Assembly: GCA_020051775.1 (NCBI GenBank)
Contig: JAGVQJ010000163.1
Coordinates: 2,928-66,927, forward strand
Source of the DNA: Calditrichota bacterium
GTDB taxonomy: Bacteria; Electryoneota; B3-LCP
Length of the DNA: 64,000 bases
Direction: 5' to 3'
Positions 28,354 to 36,773 of the stretch are shown one piece after another. The translations under genes were made by a program, and so were the position numbers. Under the pieces are notes generated by a model that ran no database searches, was not told the origin of the DNA, and saw nothing but the letters and a program-made list of their open reading frames with translations. Numbering within the stretch: position 1 is the stretch's first letter; each line of letters starts with the position of its first letter.

Positions 28354-28896
28354 ATGAAATACCGAAACATCACAAGAACCGCCCTTCTGATTGCCCTATG
28401 TGTGGTATTAGGTTATCTTTTTCTTCCCATCCCCAACCTCGAAATGATCACTGCGGGCATATTCGTCTCCGGTATTTGGATGGGAATACGCTCCGGTCTG
28501 TTGATCGGCTTTGTGGCGGAAGCGATTTTTTCGACTACCAACCCGATGGGTTTCCCGCCGCCGCCGCTGCTGATCGCCCAGGTCGCGGCCATGTCGCTGG
28601 TGGGATTATCCGGGGGATTGTTAAGAGGGTTGTTCGCACCCACCAACTCTGCCCAACAAAGGGAATGGCCGCTCCGCTTATTGCTGGCAATAACCGGGCT
28701 TGCCGTCACTTTGTTGTATGACTTCATGACGACCATCAGCTTCCCCCTTGCGGCAGGATTTTCATGGCAGCAAATCAGAATTGCGCTGGCTATGGGTATT
28801 CCATTCATGGCCATGCATTCGATCACCAACACGATTATATTTTCCCTGGCTGTTCCTATTATCATCAACCGGTTTCCTTCGTGGAGAAATCCGTGA
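28354..28896 (+). CDS. Small polytopic membrane protein, ECF S-component-like; putative corrinoid transporter
   Basis: 180 aa with about 6 predicted hydrophobic helices. It is the first gene after the cobalamin riboswitch. The functional call is contextual. Confidence 0.55.
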   Translation: MKYRNITRTALLIALCVVLGYLFLPIPNLEMITAGIFVSGIWMGIRSGLLIGFVAEAIFSTTNPMGFPPPPLLIAQVAAMSLVGLSGGLLRGLFAPTNSAQQREWPLRLLLAITGLAVTLLYDFMTTISFPLAAGFSWQQIRIALAMGIPFMAMHSITNTIIFSLAVPIIINRFPSWRNP

Positions 28897-30770
28897 AATC
28901 GTACTCATCCCCAACCCCGTTACTTCAATGTGCCGGGTTGATCATCGCGATGGCCTTTGGAACGATTACCGCTGCGGCTCAGATCGGCGGTTCAACTCCG
29001 CCTGTTACCGAAACACAAACGGACACCGTCCATCAGTTGTCAGACTCGCTGCGAAAAGCTCTACCAGACACGATTTGGGAAAACCCTGCACCGGTTACGC
29101 TTACTACTTTAGTCCTGAATCGCGATCAGCTCGCCGAAATTGACCATCAGGAATTCAGCGACTTTGTGCGCCTTATGCCCGGTTTCTATCCCTTGGATCG
29201 AGCCGGGCTGGCAACTCCCGCGCAAGGCTTGATGTTGGGACTTTCTGCCAAAACCCTCGATCTCAATTTTCGAGGGCGACGAATTGAGGATCACTTATTG
29301 GGCGCGCCGGATTTGAGTTGGATTCCACCAGAGGCTCTTTCACGATTGGATCTGACACCCCTGCCGCTGACTTCACCAGGCGCGCGAGTTGACGCATGGC
29401 TGAGTTCGTTGGAATCACTGCCTCCAGCCAGCCGTATATCCGTGCGAGACGGTTTTTATGGTCTGGGGACCGTTGATTTCGACTTAGCGCAAAAAATCAC
29501 TCCAGCGGTAATTCTGAATGCCGGCGGGCGTGTGACCACCTTTGAAGGCCGCTACGACAACAACGCCGGATATGGTCTAAATCTGCGAACCGAAGTTGGA
29601 TTCCGAATTTCCCCGGAACTCGGTGGTTGGGGAGGATTGATGCAGAATCGCTTGAATTCAGGTGTACCCTACGCGGCGGTGAACCACAATCGCGAGCGCT
29701 ACGATGCGGACTTCTCCTTGGCCTGGAAACAATGGTTGGGTAATGTGTACGGATACGATCAGCGGGAGACTTATAGCGGATCCGGGTCCGACCGGTGGCA
29801 AGAGTTGGGATTGATTCTGGGAACGACTCACCGATGGGGAACTGTGACCAGGGAATTTCATCTGCAGGCAGCACAAAGTCGGTGGCGGTTGAATGGATTG
29901 GATTGGGCCACCACTACCTCCGGAGGGGTTAATTCTAATCTAACTTGGACGGCCCCAAACCAGATGAATGCTGTTCTGCACCTGGGACTAGACGTTTCCG
30001 ATGATTTTTCTCCGGAACGGCATTTGGGATTAAGTCTGGAACAACCCCTATTTAACACTGTCGCAGTGTTTGCGGGAGCCACTCAACATCAAGAGAACCC
30101 AACACGCTTTGAGACGTCTGCCAATTTCCTTCCGGGGACGCATTTCCTACCCTTTGATTCCATCCTGTATCTGAATCCTACCATGATCGTTCAAGGCAAT
30201 CAAAGTCTGGTCAATGAGACCTACAACACTTTGTTTTCGGGTATACGGACAAAAAGTGAACATTTCAGCGGCTCTCTAGCAGCTTTCTGGCGACGTGTGG
30301 ACGATCCTATTGCCTGGCATGTAGAGGACAGCACGGTAGTCTCTTACAATGCTGAGAGGCGAGAGGACTACGGTTTAATGGGATGGACAGTATTTCGACC
30401 TGGGAAACGGTTGGAATTCGGAGTATCCGCATCCTGGCTTCCTCGCATAGATCAAGAAAAGCGCCTATTTCCAGAAAACATAGCTCATGCCTGGGCACAG
30501 TATAGTCAGCCGCTTATTCAGAATGATCTGCTGCTGCGTCTGCGGGTTTGGAGCGATTTCTGGGGACAGAGACAGGCGCCGACGGCTGGAAGCTGGACCA
30601 ATCTGCAGAACGATGCAATTTTGTCGGCTCGAATCAGCGCCTACATGCTGGGGGTACACTTTTTCTGGGAAGTGCGCAATGCCACCGGGAAAAGATATTA
30701 CCTGACACCCGATTTGGAGATGATGCATAAAGAAGAAGTCTGGGGAGTTGCGTGGAATTTCAGGAATTAA
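28893..30770 (+). CDS. TonB-dependent-receptor-like outer-membrane barrel with a degenerate plug
   Basis: GTG 28893 overlaps the upstream TGA (GTGA) and yields signal peptide MKSYSSPTPLLQCAGLIIAMAFGTITAAAQ. A plug-like segment (FSDFVRLMPGF...LNFRGRRIED...) is weakly conserved. A long beta-rich C-terminus follows. The track ORF start at 28764 is an overlap artefact. Confidence 0.55.
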   Translation: MKSYSSPTPLLQCAGLIIAMAFGTITAAAQIGGSTPPVTETQTDTVHQLSDSLRKALPDTIWENPAPVTLTTLVLNRDQLAEIDHQEFSDFVRLMPGFYPLDRAGLATPAQGLMLGLSAKTLDLNFRGRRIEDHLLGAPDLSWIPPEALSRLDLTPLPLTSPGARVDAWLSSLESLPPASRISVRDGFYGLGTVDFDLAQKITPAVILNAGGRVTTFEGRYDNNAGYGLNLRTEVGFRISPELGGWGGLMQNRLNSGVPYAAVNHNRERYDADFSLAWKQWLGNVYGYDQRETYSGSGSDRWQELGLILGTTHRWGTVTREFHLQAAQSRWRLNGLDWATTTSGGVNSNLTWTAPNQMNAVLHLGLDVSDDFSPERHLGLSLEQPLFNTVAVFAGATQHQENPTRFETSANFLPGTHFLPFDSILYLNPTMIVQGNQSLVNETYNTLFSGIRTKSEHFSGSLAAFWRRVDDPIAWHVEDSTVVSYNAERREDYGLMGWTVFRPGKRLEFGVSASWLPRIDQEKRLFPENIAHAWAQYSQPLIQNDLLLRLRVWSDFWGQRQAPTAGSWTNLQNDAILSARISAYMLGVHFFWEVRNATGKRYYLTPDLEMMHKEEVWGVAWNFRN

Positions 30771-32990
30771 ATGCAAGTTGAAAATCACAGATTAAAAATG
30801 CGACTGGCTATCTGGACAATCTCGATCCTGATGGTGGGAAGCCGTCTTTGGTCGCAAGAAACCACCGGTATTGAAGGCCGTGTCACCGATGCTCGAACCG
30901 GTCTCCCGGTATCTTCTGCCTTGGTGCAGATCATCCATACGGCCATAGAGACACAAACGGATGCTTCCGGCACATTTCGCTTTCTGTCTCTAACGCCCGG
31001 CAGTTACGATCTTAAATTTTCGACAATCGGGTACCGATCCCTGCAAATTTCCAGTGTCGTAACGGCAGTGGGAACTGTTTCCCGAATGGATGTACGGCTT
31101 CAACCTGATCCTTTAAATTTGCCGGAAATGACCGTCCGAGCGACCGCAGATCCAAGCGCCGGGGTACTTTCCGGAGCGAAAATAATCAGCCGAGCGGACA
31201 TCCAAGCGATCAAACCATTCGACCTGCCTGATCTGCTGGAAAAACAGGGTTTGGCCGGAGTTGTTTCCGATGGTACGCCCGGAGGCCGTCGTGCGGTAAC
31301 CATCCGGGGTAGCGCTTCCGACCAAGTTCTGGTTCTCATAGATGGGCAACCCATAAACGAGGCAGCAGATGGCATAGCGGATCTCTCGCGCATTTCGCTG
31401 GCGGAAATCTTGCAGGTTGAGTTCTATCCCCAGGCTCCAGCCATGTTAGGGTCGCAAGCGATTGGCGGAGTAATAAACATAATTACTTTAAGGCCGGGTT
31501 TCAACCAGACCAGACTGCAAGCCGGAGCCGGAGCATTCGGCAACCGACAGGGCAGCATCGCTTTGGGAAGGGTCTGGGGCACCTGGCCTCTTCTTGGCGT
31601 CTTTGAACACCGCGAATCGGAGGGTCGCTATCGTTATCGAGTCATGCCGGATGATGGCATTGACGTCTTCACTCGCAATGTCGAGCAGACCTTAGTCCGC
31701 ACCGGAGCGGATTTCCGCCGCGATTTCCTGTCTTTGAAAATGGATACTCCAGGGCTGGCGGAATTCGTCTATCGTCGCACTTTTTTGTACAGACATAACC
31801 CTGATTATCTTCCCTTGCCAGTCTATTCCCATGAAGCAGTCACCGCTGACGACCGACAGGAATTTACGTTAACCAGTAAATCCGGTGATCGTTGGTATCG
31901 GCCCACTACCGTAGCAAAATTTGAAGGGTACTCACAACAAACTTCGACAGACTACGGTCCTCAATACCCACTGTTGAATCAAGTCTCCAATTTGCGTGGT
32001 GAAGTGTACAGCGCCAAGGCGGATTGGACAATGCAAACGGATTGGCGTCAAATTGCGTTTGGAACCGGGATTCATTACGAACGCTTGTGGTCCGACAATC
32101 TGCAAGGCGGGTACGCCGGTCGCTTACACGAATTCGCATTCTTGCAAGTCCAGGGTGAACCCTTCGTCGAGAGAAAATTGCCGGCCAAGTTGGCGATTTT
32201 CACCGGCGTCCGAGCTGATCTTTATCAAAACCAACAGCCATTCATCCATCCCAAATTGGGTTTGGAAATCGGTGGGGGGGAGGCGGTCGCATGGTCATTG
32301 AGGGGTGAGTATGCAGGTGCGTATCATTTGCCCTCCTTCAATGCCCTGTTTTGGCAGGAAGATCTGCAGTCGCGTGGTAATCCCGAATTAGAGCCTGAAA
32401 GAAGCCTAAATCGCGAAATCGCCGCAAGAATCGGGTATCAAGGCCTGGAACTGGGGTTGGTTTGGTTCGACCGCCAGATCTGGGATATGATCTATTGGCG
32501 CATGGATTTTGAAAACAAATGGAAGCCATTGAATCTGCGCTCAGCGCAGGTTTATGGCACAGAAATCACTTTGCAGGGTCGGTTGGGAGAAGGGCTGGGC
32601 AGCCTGAACCTGAATGCCTCCCATCGTTGGATGCGTTCACAGAATCAATCCGGCGAACCTAATACCGATGGTATGATTCTCCCTTATCGCCCTTTGAACA
32701 CCACCACGCTTTCGTTGCAGGAAAACCTGTACTACTTCAGCACCGACTTAACGGCTCGCTGGATCAGTCGTCGTTTCACGACAGAAGCGAATACGCTCTC
32801 GCTTTCACCTTACACGGTATGGGATGCAGGATTAACAAAAATCATCAATCTCGCACCCAACAATTTCAACCTCACCTTGCGAGGCGAAGTGCGCAATCTT
32901 TTTGATCGCAGTTATCGGATCATTGACAATGCTCCTATGCCCCTGCGTGAATTCTGGATAACCGTAGCGATAGAAAATTCTACCCACTGA
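30771..32990 (+). CDS. TonB-dependent receptor (CarboxypepD_reg-like domain + plug + barrel), probable corrinoid receptor
   Basis: GIEGRVTDARTGLPVSSALV...GSYDLKFSTIGY marks the N-terminal regulatory-like domain. The canonical plug reads AVTIRGSASDQVLVLIDGQPIN...IGGVINIIT. The gene lies in the riboswitch-controlled operon. Confidence 0.8.
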   Translation: MQVENHRLKMRLAIWTISILMVGSRLWSQETTGIEGRVTDARTGLPVSSALVQIIHTAIETQTDASGTFRFLSLTPGSYDLKFSTIGYRSLQISSVVTAVGTVSRMDVRLQPDPLNLPEMTVRATADPSAGVLSGAKIISRADIQAIKPFDLPDLLEKQGLAGVVSDGTPGGRRAVTIRGSASDQVLVLIDGQPINEAADGIADLSRISLAEILQVEFYPQAPAMLGSQAIGGVINIITLRPGFNQTRLQAGAGAFGNRQGSIALGRVWGTWPLLGVFEHRESEGRYRYRVMPDDGIDVFTRNVEQTLVRTGADFRRDFLSLKMDTPGLAEFVYRRTFLYRHNPDYLPLPVYSHEAVTADDRQEFTLTSKSGDRWYRPTTVAKFEGYSQQTSTDYGPQYPLLNQVSNLRGEVYSAKADWTMQTDWRQIAFGTGIHYERLWSDNLQGGYAGRLHEFAFLQVQGEPFVERKLPAKLAIFTGVRADLYQNQQPFIHPKLGLEIGGGEAVAWSLRGEYAGAYHLPSFNALFWQEDLQSRGNPELEPERSLNREIAARIGYQGLELGLVWFDRQIWDMIYWRMDFENKWKPLNLRSAQVYGTEITLQGRLGEGLGSLNLNASHRWMRSQNQSGEPNTDGMILPYRPLNTTTLSLQENLYYFSTDLTARWISRRFTTEANTLSLSPYTVWDAGLTKIINLAPNNFNLTLRGEVRNLFDRSYRIIDNAPMPLREFWITVAIENSTH

Positions 32991-33002
32991 AAGGATCTCA
33001 CC

Positions 33003-34028
33003 ATGAAAGCACAATTAGTTCTCCTTACCTCCCTGACTCTCGGTTTGATGTTCAGCGCCTGCCAGGACAAAGATTCTGTCAACCAACCCATTACACCTTC
33101 TGACAATCCCTCTGCCTGGGTTGTCAACTCCCTTGGGGGTACATTATCAAGAGTTGATTTGGTTACCGATTCGGTTGTCACCAACGTCCTCACCTTAGGC
33201 CAGACACCCAATGACATCGTCATTTCCGGGACGACCGGTTATGTGGTTAACTCTGGAGATAACGACATCCAGATTATTGACTTACAGACCGCACAGACTA
33301 TCGGAACCATTGAACTTTATCTTGGATTGAACCCCTATTTTATAACTGTAGGCGGTGCGGGACAAGCCTTTGTAACTAATCTTTTAACAGGCAACGTCTC
33401 GATCCTGGATCTCGCCCTCAACCAGGAAATAGACACTTTGAACGTCGGAGTTGCGTTGGAGGGGATTTGTATTTATGGAGATACCCTTTACATCTCAGAC
33501 ATAAACGCCGTCAATTGGGTCTATGGCCAGGGATACGTTTATGCGTACTCTCTGCCGGGATTAGCACCTTTAGCCACCATCCCAGTCGGCACCAATCCAC
33601 AGGCCATCGTCGCCGGTCCGGATGGATTCCTTCATGTTGTATGCACCGGCGATTACGGCGCCATCAGCGGGCAGGTGCAGATCATTGATCCTGCTACCCT
33701 GACGGTGGTGGACAGCGTCACCGTAGGCGGGACTCCTGGATCGTTAGCCTTCGATTCGCAGGGGCGAGCGTTTCTGGGCGCCGGCGGTTGGGTCACGGAC
33801 GGATTCGTATTCTCGTATGACGGCATGACTCACCAGCTCTTACATGGAGCCTCCAATCCCATTCTGGTGCCAAAAGGCGCTTATGACGTCAATGCCATAA
33901 CCACCGGTAATATATTGGTTTGCTGTCATAGTGTTGACCAGGTAGTTGAAATGGATCACGACGGCAACATTTTGCAAACCTATCCGGTTGGGGATGGACC
34001 TGCGGTGTTGGCGATTTGGGAACCGTAG
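33003..34028 (+). CDS. Beta-propeller (YncE/YVTN-like) lipoprotein, possibly a BtuG-like surface B12-binding protein
   Basis: Lipobox-like MFSAC. Repeated ~40-aa blades (YVVNSGDNDIQIIDL, AFVTNLLTGNVSILDL, LYISD...). It is the last gene of the riboswitch operon, before the terminator. Confidence 0.6.
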   Translation: MKAQLVLLTSLTLGLMFSACQDKDSVNQPITPSDNPSAWVVNSLGGTLSRVDLVTDSVVTNVLTLGQTPNDIVISGTTGYVVNSGDNDIQIIDLQTAQTIGTIELYLGLNPYFITVGGAGQAFVTNLLTGNVSILDLALNQEIDTLNVGVALEGICIYGDTLYISDINAVNWVYGQGYVYAYSLPGLAPLATIPVGTNPQAIVAGPDGFLHVVCTGDYGAISGQVQIIDPATLTVVDSVTVGGTPGSLAFDSQGRAFLGAGGWVTDGFVFSYDGMTHQLLHGASNPILVPKGAYDVNAITTGNILVCCHSVDQVVEMDHDGNILQTYPVGDGPAVLAIWEP

Positions 34029-34061
34029 ACCGATAGGATAGTTTGCAGATCAGTCCAATTA

Positions 34062-34092
34062 GGCCCTCCAAATTAAAGGGGGGCTTTTTGTT
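34062..34092 (+). terminator. Rho-independent terminator ending the cobalamin operon
   Basis: Stem GCCCTCC (34063-34069) pairs with GGGGGGC (34078-34084) with one G-U pair, loop AAATTAAA, followed by TTTTTGTT. Confidence 0.65.
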
Positions 34093-34111
34093 ATAGATCC
34101 CCTGATTTCTC

Positions 34112-34141
34112 TTGCAATCCATGCGCTGAATTGTTTATATT
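34112..34141 (+). promoter_or_regulatory. Candidate sigma70-type promoter (TTGCAA-18-TATATT) for the TBDR/PorV-like operon
   Basis: TTGCAA at 34112-34117 and TATATT at 34136-34141, about 30 nt upstream of ATG 34174. Confidence 0.4.
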
Positions 34142-34173
34142 TTAGCGACTGAAAGGCAAGACACAGGAAACCC

Positions 34174-36753
34174 ATGAAGAAATTAGTCATTTCGCTCGCT
34201 TTGGCGCTACTTTCAGTAAGCGCTCTTCAGGCCGGCATCACCGGGAAAATAAGTGGAAAAATCGTAGACAGCCAAGATGGTTCACCGTTACCGGCCGTAA
34301 ACGTGATCCTGGATGGATCCTCCTTGGGTGCAGCCACCGATGCGGAAGGAGATTTCAGCCTTTTAAACCTGCCAGCCGGTACTTATACGCTTATCGTACG
34401 CATGATGGGTTATCAGGAAATGCGGTTTCAGGGTGTCCGAGTCAATGCTGATTTGACCACTTGGATAGATGTTAAACTGAATAAAACCGTACTCCAATCT
34501 GCAGAAGAGATCATCGTCCAAGTCAAACCGGATCTGTTGCGCTTCGATGTGACCAGCAAAATGTCGCTGGTGGAAGCTCGGGATCTGCAGGATCTGCCGG
34601 TCGTCAGCGTTCAGGAGCTGCTGAAGACTCAGGCCGGGTTCACTGAGGATGCTTCCGGTGAAATCCACGTTCGAGGCGGTCGCGGAAAGGAGATTCTCTA
34701 TATCGTGGATGGTATGCCGCTGAAAGATCCCATGACCGGTCAACCGGCAACTCTGATCAATCCGCAATCCGTCCAGGAGATGGAGGTTCTTTCCGGCACC
34801 TACAACGCCGAATACGGCGACGCCATGTCTGCGGTTGTAAACGTCATCACTCAAAATCCCACGGAAAAATTTAATGCGCGACTCGAATTCTTAAGCCCTT
34901 TCCTGAATTCCAGCCCCTATCGTTCTGCCGACTGGGGCGGCTCCGGCACCGATGTCATGCGCGATTCAAGCGGAACTTCCCTGTATAATGCGCCCACAGT
35001 TGAGAATCTGATTGATCCGAGCATCCCCGTACTGGGTATTGTTTCGGGATCTTTGACCGGCCCGATTCCACTGGATAAGAGGCTCGGATTTGCAATATCC
35101 AGTCGTTATCGCAAGGAAGATAGCTACTTGCCTTTCGGATATGACGTTGAGCATCAGGGACTGGGTAAGTTGCGGTTTCAGGCAACGCCCAGATTGAAGC
35201 TGACCGCCACCGGCGACCTCTCCCGCCGCCAGTATCAAGGTTACAGCCACGACTGGAGATATTTGCATGAGGGCTATCGCAGCCATGATCGGCAGTCGGG
35301 GTATTTCGGTGTACAGGCAAATCACACATTGCTGGATAATCTGTTCTATGCCGCTAATTTGTACTACTTACGACAGCACCAGAAAACCGGAGTCGGCAAC
35401 AAAACGCCCGACCAGTACATTCAGGGACAGCGTACGGGTGAGGCCTTTTATTTCGCCAACGATGATGATATTTATCAGTTGACTGATTCCTGGACTTATG
35501 GCGGCAAGGCGGACTTCAATTACCAGGGTTTTAAGGCGCATGCGTTCAAGTTTGGATTCGATTTAAAACAGCATCGCCTGGCGGACACGACTTATGTTCA
35601 GCCGTGGCCGGGAGGCGCGAATGATTCAACCAAATACAATCGCTGGGCCGACGAATATTCCGCCTATGTACAAGATAAAATCGAACTTCGGTATCTGGTC
35701 GTTAACTTAGGGTTGCGTCTGGATTATATCAACCCGCGCAGTCTCTTCTGGAGCGATCCTAAAGATCCCAACACCCCCATGACCGAAGTTGACCCGCATT
35801 ATCAGCTTTCACCGCGACTGGGATTGGCGCATCCGGTGACTGCGACGACCATGCTGCATTTCGCCTACGGACACTTTTTCCAGAAACCCAGTTTCCGAGA
35901 GGTGTATTATAACTCCCAATATTGGACCAATCCCGAAATGATGTTGGAAGTGGATTATCCACTGGTGGGGAATCCACGAGTCAAGCCGCAGAAAACGGTT
36001 GCTTATGAAGCTGGAGTCAAACAGGCGTTGGGACCCGATTTGGCTCTGGACGTCAACCTCTGGTATAAGGATGTAACGGATCTTCTGGCCACCACGGAAG
36101 TGCGGGCCTATCCCTACCACTTTGTAGTGTATGATAATGCGGATTACGCCTCAGTTCGCGGATTTGACTTAAGCCTGCACAAACGGTTCGAAGACAATTT
36201 TTCCGCCAGCTTGAATTACAGTTTCTCTGTGGCCACCGGAAACCGATCCGATCCCACTGCCGGGTACTGGGATGCTTACGCCCAAGAGAACCCGCCCAAC
36301 CGCGAAACTTTTCTGGATTTCGACCGCCGCCATGACGTGGCATTCGATCTAAACTACGAGTTCGGAGCCGGTGACGGCCCCAGAGTCGGAGAATATCCCA
36401 TTTTGGAGAGAACGGGCTTTAATCTCCTGTTGACAGCTTCGTCGGGAATGCCTTACACTCCCTACGTCGGCCCAACCGTAGATGTAGATGAGAATTCCGC
36501 ACGTATGGGTTGGACGGCCACCGTAGACATGGAATTGCGGCGTGCGCTGAAGATCACCCCACTATCTGCCACTTTGATTCTGCAAGTGAATAACCTGTTC
36601 GACGCGCAAAACCCGATGAGAGTATGGTCACGCACGGGAAAACCGTGGGATGACGGTTGGGAAGGTCTGTTCTCATCCTACGACATGCAGCGTGATCCCT
36701 CTAACGTCGGCCCGCCCCGGCTGATTCGCGCCGGCATTCGGTTGGAATATTAA
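34174..36753 (+). CDS. TonB-dependent receptor (CarboxypepD_reg-like + plug + large barrel)
   Basis: Signal peptide; GKISGKIVDSQDGSPLPAVNVIL...GTYTLIVRMMGY; plug IHVRGGRGKEILYIVDGMPLKDPMTG; C-terminal ...IRAGIRLEY. Confidence 0.85.
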   Translation: MKKLVISLALALLSVSALQAGITGKISGKIVDSQDGSPLPAVNVILDGSSLGAATDAEGDFSLLNLPAGTYTLIVRMMGYQEMRFQGVRVNADLTTWIDVKLNKTVLQSAEEIIVQVKPDLLRFDVTSKMSLVEARDLQDLPVVSVQELLKTQAGFTEDASGEIHVRGGRGKEILYIVDGMPLKDPMTGQPATLINPQSVQEMEVLSGTYNAEYGDAMSAVVNVITQNPTEKFNARLEFLSPFLNSSPYRSADWGGSGTDVMRDSSGTSLYNAPTVENLIDPSIPVLGIVSGSLTGPIPLDKRLGFAISSRYRKEDSYLPFGYDVEHQGLGKLRFQATPRLKLTATGDLSRRQYQGYSHDWRYLHEGYRSHDRQSGYFGVQANHTLLDNLFYAANLYYLRQHQKTGVGNKTPDQYIQGQRTGEAFYFANDDDIYQLTDSWTYGGKADFNYQGFKAHAFKFGFDLKQHRLADTTYVQPWPGGANDSTKYNRWADEYSAYVQDKIELRYLVVNLGLRLDYINPRSLFWSDPKDPNTPMTEVDPHYQLSPRLGLAHPVTATTMLHFAYGHFFQKPSFREVYYNSQYWTNPEMMLEVDYPLVGNPRVKPQKTVAYEAGVKQALGPDLALDVNLWYKDVTDLLATTEVRAYPYHFVVYDNADYASVRGFDLSLHKRFEDNFSASLNYSFSVATGNRSDPTAGYWDAYAQENPPNRETFLDFDRRHDVAFDLNYEFGAGDGPRVGEYPILERTGFNLLLTASSGMPYTPYVGPTVDVDENSARMGWTATVDMELRRALKITPLSATLILQVNNLFDAQNPMRVWSRTGKPWDDGWEGLFSSYDMQRDPSNVGPPRLIRAGIRLEY

Positions 36754-36773
36754 CGGACAAAGATAGAAATCCC

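Noticed and set aside
28227-28868. ORFs 28227-28721 (+, 164 aa) and 28413-28868 (-, 151 aa).
   Set aside because: The first begins inside the cobalamin riboswitch and runs out of frame through the membrane-protein gene. The second is antisense to that gene. The 28354-28896 frame gives a coherent multi-helix membrane protein.
28764-28892. The 5' extension of the TBDR-like ORF as given in the track (start 28764).
   Set aside because: It would overlap the preceding gene by 133 nt and put 43 non-signal residues before a clear signal peptide. GTG 28893 in a GTGA overlap is far more plausible.
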